Below, piece after piece: positions 12,307 to 19,287 of a stretch of DNA of 24,000 bases. Numbering within the stretch: the stretch's first letter is position 1; each line of letters begins with the position of its first letter. The position numbers were made by a program, and so were the translations under genes. The notes under the pieces were generated by a model. The model searched no databases, was not told where the DNA came from, and saw nothing but the letters and a program-made list of their open reading frames with translations. Source of the DNA: Savagea faecisuis (GTDB lineage Bacteria; Bacillota; Bacilli; Bacillales_A; Planococcaceae); the NCBI RefSeq assembly GCF_042675605.1, contig NZ_JBHTJF010000025.1:12944-36943 (forward strand), written 5' to 3'.

Positions 12307-12618
12307 TTACACAACCATTTTGCCCAAGCGGTTAATGTACCAGACGAGTATGACAATGCCCAATACAATTAAAATAGAAATCATTTGAGCTGCAATTGAG
12401 CCGGCAACTGCTACACCGAACGGCAAAATAAGTGTAAGTACCCCACAAATCATAAGAAAAAGCCCAACTGCTTTAGCTAATTTGTTTTTATCTCCTTTAA
12501 AAGTTTCTTCTTTAAATCCTGCAATGAGTGTAAATTGTTATTTCTTCCATATCATGTAACTAAAAAAGAAAAGCAAACTACTTGTGAAAAGGCAAACTAT
12601 TACCCCACCTATAATCAT
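12307..12618 (-). pseudogene. Frameshifted small membrane protein (DUF3784-like)
   Basis: SD GGAGG then ATG (minus). MIIGGVIVCLFTSSLLFFLV, then out of frame LIAGFKEETFKGDKNKLAKAVGLFLMICGVLTLILPFGVAVAGSIAAQMISILIVLGIVILVWYINRLGKMVV*. Confidence 0.65.
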
Positions 12619-13057
12619 AAAAGAACCTCCTAATTCACTTTAATCAATCAGGACTTAGTCATGAACGTCGTATTTAAAATTTAGAAATCAAATGTATAAA
12701 GAAGAGTTTAATATGTTATTTGGAAGCCTTTGTATAGAAGTGAATCTGTCTTCTGATGAAATCATTTAAAGGATGCTAGGTGATGAGAAAAGTAGCATTG
12801 CTTAATTATAAAGGGTTATCTTTAGAAACCGTTAGAGTATACATTGCAAGAGGAGAATATTTGATTAGCATTTTATAATGTTATAGCCATTCGAAGCTCT
12901 TATTCATTACAAATTTATTATTGAATTTGAAAATGCATATTTTCGTTGAATGCGGATCTAGATAATGATTTTCCCCTATCAAAACGCGATGGTAAAAGAA
13001 AGCTATTCATTTTTAAGATTATACCTTATACTAGGACTATAATCTTAAAAAGGTTGT

Positions 13058-13360
13058 ATGTCCATGATAATTAATATCAATCCTGATGTGATAGAAACTC
13101 AACTAGTAGGATTTGTTCCCGAGTGTATCATCAATTATTATGCCATTCAGTGTGCGAGCCTTGCAGTATATATGCCTCCAGGTGTTTTAAAACATTTAAA
13201 AAAGCGTGATTATTGGGATGATTTCCTCAAGTACTATCAAGATATACCTAGCATAATTGCAACACCTGATTATGCTGGACAAAATCCAAAAGAACCTAAT
13301 ACGATAGAAATATATAAAGGTTATTTGAGGTGGGAAAGGTTCCCCACGCGCTATCTGTAA
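13058..13360 (+). pseudogene. Truncated PBECR-like (phage Barnase-EndoU-ColicinE5/RelE-like nuclease-type) domain protein
   Basis: LVGFVPECIINYY...VYMPPGVLKHLKKR-YWDDFLKYYQDIPSIIATPDYAGQNPKEPNTIEIYKGYL resembles the family core. The C-terminal strands are missing in frame; later sequence (13410-13530) has only out-of-frame coding-like stretches. Confidence 0.5.
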
Positions 13361-13486
13361 AAATAGTTACCAGAGATCAGGATTGCCGCCCTGCTGATAG
13401 CCTTTATAATCAATAAGCCTCGTTCATTTATTATGAAGGAGGTATTTTATATTTTGTACTAGATAGTAAACAACAAAGTGTAAAAT

Positions 13487-13515
13487 TTGCTTTTTATCCA
13501 CTTAAATGGGATAAT
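13487..13515 (+). promoter_or_regulatory. Candidate sigma-A promoter with extended -10 for the RT-associated ncRNA
   Basis: TTGCTT (13487-13492) - 17 nt - GATAAT (13510-13515), with TG at 13507-13508 (TGgGATAAT). Predicted start near 13522. Confidence 0.6.
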
Positions 13516-13521
13516 ATAGTT

Positions 13522-13799
13522 GTTCTGTGAAAATAGTCGCAGAAGTGTTGAGTTTCACGCTTGTCAAGGTTATAAATATTTATAACCTCAACAAGCAACC
13601 TAGTGAAATCTACCAAGAACAGCACAAGCTGGATCTCTGAAGAAGAACTAGACAAACTTAGCAGCATTGTAATTACCTCCATATGGTAAGTATAATGTAG
13701 TGTTTAAGAACAAGAACTCCGTTTTATACGGGGATAGTGGTCAACAGAGCATTCATCTCGGATGAATGACACCAAATTAGGCTAGGAGGTTTTCTGGTT
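13522..13799 (+). ncRNA. Candidate structured template/scaffold ncRNA of the defence-associated RT system (boundaries approximate)
   Basis: Leader of about 275 nt between a good promoter and the RT ATG, with nested inverted repeats: TTTCAC-GCTTGT-AGGTTATAAAT / ATTTATAACCT-ACAAGC-GTGAAA (13553-13608), CTCCGT-tttat-ACGGGG (13717-13733), CATTCATC-tcg-GATGAATG (13750-13768). Confidence 0.6.
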
Positions 13800-15203
13800 A
13801 TGAATCAGAGTAATGGACCACAACACCAATTACATAACCTCTCTAGCTCTTCTATTATTAAATGGGAGAAGTACAAGACTAAAGGTTATTTGCATTTTGA
13901 TGAACGGATACATATAGGGCATATGAAGGCTAATCTTTTGAATGAAGATTGGGTCGCTTCGTATGCTTTTTTACCGTTTATACATTTTGAGATGAATTCT
14001 AAAAGATATGTAACGATTAAAGAAGTGGATGAATTGGGTCAGGTAATTAAAAGAAAAGAACAAGGGAAGCCTAAAAGCCGTAAAATATTTTATGCTGCCC
14101 ATAAGGATGGCTACATCTATAAATATTATGGTGACTTATTAAACAATGCTTATAATAAATATGCAGTTGACAATCATATTGATGACAGCGTGATAGCATA
14201 TAGAAATAATAAACCAGGAAAAAACAATATTGATTTTGCGTTTGAAGTATTCAATCATCTGTTTAAGTTTGAAAATGCAGTAGTCATCACAAGTGATTTC
14301 ACTAAGTATTTTGATAACATATCACACCAAACATTGAAACAGAATATAGGAAGAGTACTAGGTGTAGAAACCTTAAAACGAGATTGGTATCAAGTATTTA
14401 AGAATCTTACACGATTTACATATGTCGATAGGAAAGATATTGATATGTTTTTAGAAGCAAAGCATGGAAGAACATTGAACAAAAAAATCAAGACATATAA
14501 AATTAATCGAATTATGACTTCAAGTGAATTTAGGACGTTTAAAAAAGAATATTTAAAACATAATCCCAATCCTGATTCTTATGGAATTCCACAAGGATCA
14601 AGTATGAGTGCAGTTTGTTCTAATGTACATCTGATTGACTTTGATAAAGAAGTAATTGACTGGTGCAATAAAAGGTCTGCTAATGCAATGTATAGAAGAT
14701 ATTGTGATGATTTAATAGTAATTATTCCTCTTGAAAGACAAAATACAAGAGAGTTTGAATCAATCCGAAATGAGTTATTTGAAATCATTGATAAATATAA
14801 AAGTGACGGATTAGATGTGCAACCTGAAAAAACAGAAATACGGTTATGGGATGGTGACTATATACTAGATGAGCAATTACAGCCATCTAAATTAGATTAC
14901 TTGGGGTTTGTGACTGATGGACAGATGATTCAATTAAGGGAAAAAAGCCTTTTCAATTATTATACTAGAGCATATCGCAAGGCCAAAACAGTAAAACGTA
15001 TTGAATATGCGACAGGACGACCGGGACCCAAAAGGTCATTGTATGATTTATACACCCATCTGGGATTCGATTACAAAAATCGTGGGAACTTCGTTACTTA
15101 TGCTTATAGAGCACATAGGAAAATGTGTCAGTTGCCAGTGAAGAGTCTGATTAAGAAGCAGGTTAAGAGGCATTGGGGCAAGATACATAGAAGATTAAAT
15201 TAA
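13800..15203 (+). CDS. Defence-associated reverse transcriptase, DRT2/UG2-like (Unknown Group / Abi-type RT)
   Basis: 467 aa. SD AGGAGG at 13784-13789. RT motifs: SDFTKYFDNISHQTLKQNI, GIPQGSSMSAVCSNVHLIDFD, YRRYCDDLIVI (YCDD, aa 301-304, nt 14700-14711), LDYLGF. N-terminal YLHFDE...YAFLPFIHFE...YAAHKDGYIYKYY. No maturase/HNH region. Confidence 0.85.
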   Translation: MNQSNGPQHQLHNLSSSSIIKWEKYKTKGYLHFDERIHIGHMKANLLNEDWVASYAFLPFIHFEMNSKRYVTIKEVDELGQVIKRKEQGKPKSRKIFYAAHKDGYIYKYYGDLLNNAYNKYAVDNHIDDSVIAYRNNKPGKNNIDFAFEVFNHLFKFENAVVITSDFTKYFDNISHQTLKQNIGRVLGVETLKRDWYQVFKNLTRFTYVDRKDIDMFLEAKHGRTLNKKIKTYKINRIMTSSEFRTFKKEYLKHNPNPDSYGIPQGSSMSAVCSNVHLIDFDKEVIDWCNKRSANAMYRRYCDDLIVIIPLERQNTREFESIRNELFEIIDKYKSDGLDVQPEKTEIRLWDGDYILDEQLQPSKLDYLGFVTDGQMIQLREKSLFNYYTRAYRKAKTVKRIEYATGRPGPKRSLYDLYTHLGFDYKNRGNFVTYAYRAHRKMCQLPVKSLIKKQVKRHWGKIHRRLN

Positions 15204-15355
15204 ATTTTATTAATACCGAGGGAAAGAAGCCTTAGCAACAGGAAAATCTGACAATTACCTAGGATAAACATTGAATTTGTAATCGGTATTTCTATATGGG
15301 CTAAGACATGGATTGTAATCATTGTAACGACATTATTACTTTAGCCTAACACCAC

Positions 15356-15459
15356 TAAAACATGAAGCACAACTGATCCTAAGTATGATTATAAGTTTTG
15401 GTGGAATAGCAATTTATCTTTGGATCTTGTCTAAAATAGAAAAAGTAAGTGAAAATTGA
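15356..15459 (+). pseudogene. Remnant of a small membrane protein
   Basis: SLTPLKHEAQLILSMIISFGGIAIYLWILSKIEKVSEN* is open only after a probable frameshift. Confidence 0.35.
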
Positions 15460-15494
15460 CGATTACAAAGATCGTACGAAGGAGACTTTACCTG

Positions 15495-15680
15495 CATGAA
15501 GTGCTCGCTCGTTATATTTGAATGGTTAGTGTAGTTGGAGCATTGCTCGTCGTGTTGTTTATTGGTTTAAGTATCCGGATGTTGTCTGTGAAGTGTGCGA
15601 TGGATGAAGAGTTCCGCTAGTGATTTATTGTTAAAGAGAAAGTATCAGTTTCTGAAAACAAAATTGGTGCTTTTCTCGTT
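15495..15680 (+). pseudogene. Decayed duplicate of the 18938-19188 locus (small membrane protein plus terminator)
   Basis: catgaagtgctcgctcgttatat...ttggagcattgctcgtcgtgttgttta...atccggatgttgtctgtgaagtgtgcgatggatga matches 18938-19135 with an internal deletion. The following aaagtatcagtttctgaaaa...ttggtgctttt matches the terminator at 19151-19188. Confidence 0.85.
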
Positions 15681-15803
15681 TAAGTTTAGCTTTTTCATTA
15701 TTTTAGACATTTCGTGTCGATGGGATTAGGCAAGGAAGAACCATTTTCATTCTGCTCTAAACACTCTACTTTCTTTATTTTCTAAAAATTTAAATAAAAT
15801 CTG

Positions 15804-15832
15804 TTGACATTGTTAAAAAGACAGGATATGAT
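15804..15832 (+). promoter_or_regulatory. Sigma-A promoter upstream of S-box leader
   Basis: TTGACA (15804-15809) - 17 nt - TATGAT (15827-15832). Confidence 0.8.
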
Positions 15833-15868
15833 AACAACTAATTTCATAAATTAACGATAACTCTTATA

Positions 15869-15972
15869 TCGAGAAGCGGAGGGACTGGCCCTGTGAAGCT
15901 TCGGCAACCATTGATTTTTTATCAAACGGTGCCAATTCCAGCAAGGGAAACCTTGGAAGATGAGAGGAGCAG
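15869..15972 (+). promoter_or_regulatory. SAM-I (S-box) riboswitch aptamer
   Basis: CTCTTATATCGAGAAGCGGAGGGACTGGCCCTGTGAAGCTTCGGCAACC...GGTGCCAATTCCAGCAAG...CTTGGAAGATGAGAG. Confidence 0.95.
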
Positions 15973-15988
15973 TGCATATTTCGTATGA

Positions 15989-16023
15989 CGCGACCTCTTT
16001 TTATATAGGGGTCGCTTTTTACT
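15989..16023 (+). terminator. S-box expression-platform terminator
   Basis: GCGACCtctttttatatagGGGTCGC followed by TTTTTT. Confidence 0.85.
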
Positions 16024-16061
16024 TTTAATGCACGTTCTACATAAAAGAAGGAGGGGTGTTT

Positions 16062-16205
16062 ATGGGAAAAGAAAAGGATGAAGTGCTTGCAATTATTGAA
16101 CAAGCCTTGCAAGAATTGCAGTTTGGAGAGGTTCATATTACCATTCATGAAGGACAAGTTGTGCAAGTTCATCGCACAGAAAAATTTAGAATATCCACGT
16201 CGTAA
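16062..16205 (+). CDS. YezD-like small protein (DUF2292)
   Basis: MGKEKDEVLAIIEQALQELQFGEVHITIHEGQVVQVHRTEKFRISTS* with SD GGAGGGG; downstream of S-box. Confidence 0.8.
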   Translation: MGKEKDEVLAIIEQALQELQFGEVHITIHEGQVVQVHRTEKFRISTS

Positions 16206-16310
16206 GAAGCTGACTAGACAACTAGAGGCCTCTTCGTTTGAAGATTTGTGCTCCTAAGCACGTCATCTTCATCGAAGGGGCTTTTTATATGGAGAAAAGG
16301 AGAATGCATA

Positions 16311-17141
16311 ATGAAACAACTACTAACATGGTTCCTCGTATTGAGTACTGTTCTTATATTTACAGGATGTGACGGAGAAGCAAAGGGTGAAACAAATCAA
16401 ACCATTACGATTGGAGCTACAGCTGGTCCATATAGTGATCAATTAAAAGAAGGAATCGCACCGATTTTAAAAGAGAAAGGATTCACGTTAAACATTATTG
16501 AATTTCATGATTATATTCAGCCGAATAATGCATTAGAAGAAGGGGATGTCGATGCGAATTTATTCCAAAACCGTTTATACTTATCGAATTTTAACGAGCA
16601 TCAAGGGACGAAGCTTACTGCGCTTTTTGCTGTCCCGACTGCTCCCATTGCGATGTATTCAAAACGACATCAATCGCTCGACGATCTTGAGCCAGGAATG
16701 ACGATTTCATTACCGAACGATACGGTGAATTTAGCTCGTTCGCTCAATATGTTAGAGAGCTACGGGTGGTTAACAGTTGATCCAAATGTTAACCCGATTA
16801 CAGCCTCTGAAAAAGATGTTATCGATAATCCGTATCATCTAAAGTTGAATCCGTTAGAAGCGGCAGCGACCCCTCGTTCTCTTGAGGATGCTGATTTTGC
16901 TTTCGTCAATGGAAATTATGCGATTGCTTCTGGATTGAAGTTGACAGAAGCAGTGGATGTTGAACAAACATCGGAAGATTTTTTAATTTATTTAACGATT
17001 CGTGAAGGAGAGGAAGATGAGCCGTTCGTTCAAGCATTAAAAGAAGCGTATGAATCGGAAGAATTTTATACTTATACACTAGAACATTCCCAAGGGTACG
17101 TCTTACCTCCATATCAACAAGAACAGGAGGCGAAAAAATGA
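16311..17141 (+). CDS. metQ: Methionine ABC transporter substrate-binding lipoprotein MetQ
   Basis: Lipobox LIFTGCDG. NlpA-type features: ITIGATAGPYSDQL...LKEKGFTLNIIEFHDYIQPNNALEEGDVDANLFQNRLYL. Followed by metN and metI. Confidence 0.93.
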   Translation: MKQLLTWFLVLSTVLIFTGCDGEAKGETNQTITIGATAGPYSDQLKEGIAPILKEKGFTLNIIEFHDYIQPNNALEEGDVDANLFQNRLYLSNFNEHQGTKLTALFAVPTAPIAMYSKRHQSLDDLEPGMTISLPNDTVNLARSLNMLESYGWLTVDPNVNPITASEKDVIDNPYHLKLNPLEAAATPRSLEDADFAFVNGNYAIASGLKLTEAVDVEQTSEDFLIYLTIREGEEDEPFVQALKEAYESEEFYTYTLEHSQGYVLPPYQQEQEAKK

Positions 17142-18139
17142 TTGAAGTACGCCAAGTAACGAAACGATACGGTAATGTGCTCGCATTGGATGATGTATCG
17201 GTAACGATTGAACGCGGTGATATTTTTGGCATGATTGGCTACAGTGGAGCAGGGAAAAGTACATTGCTTCGTTGTTTGAATGGATTAGAGCAACCGACTT
17301 CAGGTGAAGTTATTATTGATGGCATCGACATTACAAAAGTATCTAAACGTGCATTGCGTCAAATACGACAAAAAATTGGAATGATTTTTCAACATTTTCA
17401 TCTTATTCAAACAAAAACCGTATACCAAAATGTGGCTTTTTCTATGAAGGTAGCTGGAAAATCAAATGCTGAAATTGCCGAACGTGTGCCAGAACTGTTG
17501 CATCTTGTCGGACTGTCAGATCGAGCGAATCATTACCCTGCTCAACTTTCAGGAGGACAGAAGCAACGAGTGGGAATCGCGCGAGCGTTAGCAAATAATC
17601 CAGATATTTTATTATGCGATGAAGCGACATCCGCTCTCGATCCGACAACTACAGCATCTATTTTGCAGCTTTTAAAGAAAATTAATGAAGAACTCGATAT
17701 TACGATTATTCTCATTACGCACGAAATGGAAGTCGTACAAACGATTTGCCATCGCGTTGCGGTAATGGAAGACGGGAAAATTGTAGAGGAAGGGGATGTG
17801 TATCATATTTTTGCCTCCCCCGAACAGCCACTGACAAAGCAGTTTGTTGATACTGTTCATTCATTAACATTGCCTGCTCGATTGTTAGAGGAGCGGACAG
17901 GAGACATTTTACAATTAACGTTTCGAGGAGATGATGCCGAGCAAGCAATCATTTCAAAGGCGGCAACTCGTTTTGCAGTTGATCTCAATATTTTACATGG
18001 ACAAATTACGTACATTCAAGATCGAGCGCTCGGAACGTTGATTGTCGAGTTGTTAGGTGAACCGAAAGAACGAAAACGGGCGGCGGCTTGGTTAACGGAA
18101 CGAACGAATCGATTGGAGGTGCTCGGCTATGCTAGTTAA
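17138..18139 (+). CDS. metN: Methionine ABC transporter ATP-binding protein MetN
   Basis: GYSGAGKST Walker A, LSGGQKQRVGIARAL, ILLCDEATSALDP, C-terminal NIL-like domain. Confidence 0.97.
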   Translation: MIEVRQVTKRYGNVLALDDVSVTIERGDIFGMIGYSGAGKSTLLRCLNGLEQPTSGEVIIDGIDITKVSKRALRQIRQKIGMIFQHFHLIQTKTVYQNVAFSMKVAGKSNAEIAERVPELLHLVGLSDRANHYPAQLSGGQKQRVGIARALANNPDILLCDEATSALDPTTTASILQLLKKINEELDITIILITHEMEVVQTICHRVAVMEDGKIVEEGDVYHIFASPEQPLTKQFVDTVHSLTLPARLLEERTGDILQLTFRGDDAEQAIISKAATRFAVDLNILHGQITYIQDRALGTLIVELLGEPKERKRAAAWLTERTNRLEVLGYAS

Positions 18140-18791
18140 TATGGCGGATGAATTTGTTCAAGCATTCATTGAAACAGGCTGGATGCTTGGAATCGCGACA
18201 TTCTTTTCGATTGTGGTCGGTGTACCATTAGGTGTCTTTTTATTTGTAACGAGTGAAGGGATGTTTTGGCAAAACCGAATCGTTCAATCGATTGCTGGCA
18301 CGACGATTAATATTATTCGGTCGCTCCCGTACATTATTTTACTTGTTTTGCTCATTCCATTAGCGAAAGCATTATTAGGGACATCGACAGGACCGACGGC
18401 GGCAAGTGTTTCACTCGTGTTCGCAGGTATTCCATTTTATGCGAGACTCGTTGAAAGCGCGCTTCGAGAAGTGGACCGCGGTGTCATTGAAGCAGCCGAA
18501 TCATGCGGGGCTTCCCCATGGCGTATCATTTGGGATGTTTTATTACCCGAAGCGAAGTCTGGCATGATTGCGGGTCTTACGGTGACGGTTATTAGTTTGC
18601 TTGGTTACTCTGCAATGGCCGGCATGATAGGTGGCGGTGGCATCGGAGACTTAGCCATTCGGTACGGATATCACCGCTTCCAACAAGAAGTGATGATTGC
18701 GACAGTTATCATTTTAATTATCGTCGTTCAATTGATTCAATCGGTAGGGGATCGACTATCCAAAAAAGCGAATAAAATGAATGTAACGTGA
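18129..18791 (+). CDS. metI: Methionine ABC transporter permease MetI
   Basis: 220 aa permease; RSLPYIILLVLLIPLAK..., EAAESCGASPWRIIWDVLLPEAKSGMIAGLTVTVISLLGYSAMAGMIGGGGIGDLAIRYGY. Confidence 0.96.
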   Translation: MLVNMADEFVQAFIETGWMLGIATFFSIVVGVPLGVFLFVTSEGMFWQNRIVQSIAGTTINIIRSLPYIILLVLLIPLAKALLGTSTGPTAASVSLVFAGIPFYARLVESALREVDRGVIEAAESCGASPWRIIWDVLLPEAKSGMIAGLTVTVISLLGYSAMAGMIGGGGIGDLAIRYGYHRFQQEVMIATVIILIIVVQLIQSVGDRLSKKANKMNVT

Positions 18792-18937
18792 AAAAGTGAC
18801 CATTACCCTGGTATATATTTAGATATTCCACTTAAATAATTTCAGTTTTCCGATGTGACAGCAGTAGCGCTAAGGTATAAGATGAGAGTGATATGCTTGA
18901 TTGATGCATGTTGTTAATCATCGGAAGGAGAATTTCC

Positions 18938-19135
18938 ATGAATGAAGTGCTCGCTCGTTATATTCGAATCGTTAGTGTCGTCGGGGCATTGCTCATCGTG
19001 CTCATTCCTTTTTTATTTCGCACACCGACACCTGTCGCGTTAAAAATTATATTCGGTTTGCTCGTCGTGTTGTTTATCGTTTTAAGCATTCGGATGTTGT
19101 CTGTGAAGCGTGCGATGGATGATGCGCCGCGTTAG
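18938..19135 (+). CDS. Small two-TM membrane protein of unknown function
   Basis: 65 aa MNEVLARYIRIVSVVGALLIVLIPFLFRTPTPVALKIIFGLLVVLFIVLSIRMLSVKRAMDDAPR; SD GGAAGGAG. Confidence 0.75.
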   Translation: MNEVLARYIRIVSVVGALLIVLIPFLFRTPTPVALKIIFGLLVVLFIVLSIRMLSVKRAMDDAPR

Positions 19136-19150
19136 TTTACTGCTCATAAG

Positions 19151-19188
19151 GAAAGCATCGATTTCTGAAAAGAGATCGGTGCTTTTTT
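19151..19188 (+). terminator. Terminator, near-identical to the ssrA terminator at 6740-6777
   Basis: AAAGCATCGATttctgaaaagagATCGGTGCTTTTTT. Confidence 0.8.
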
Positions 19189-19287
19189 GTATGCATTTGC
19201 AGAACAGAAGGAGGTATTTTTGAAAAATGTTTAATGTTATGTGAGGAGGGCATCGGTAGAGTAATCATTCAAAAAGGAGAGATGGCA

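Noticed and set aside
12206-12388. 60-aa plus-strand ORF
   Set aside because: Antisense to the DUF3784-like pseudogene, which better explains the sequence.
13800-15203. RT as part of a group II intron or retron
   Set aside because: No maturase/HNH domain, no domain V-like GAGC...TTCGA intron end seen downstream, and no recognisable msr/msd a1/a2 repeat arrangement. The N-terminal region and YCDD context fit UG/Abi-type RTs better.
15212-15290. AATACCGA / TCGGTATT inverted repeat downstream of the RT
   Set aside because: 8-bp perfect complement but a 63-nt loop and no T-run; insufficient to call a terminator or element end.
15864-16172. 102-aa minus-strand ORF
   Set aside because: Antisense to the S-box riboswitch and yezD-like gene; no recognisable protein features.
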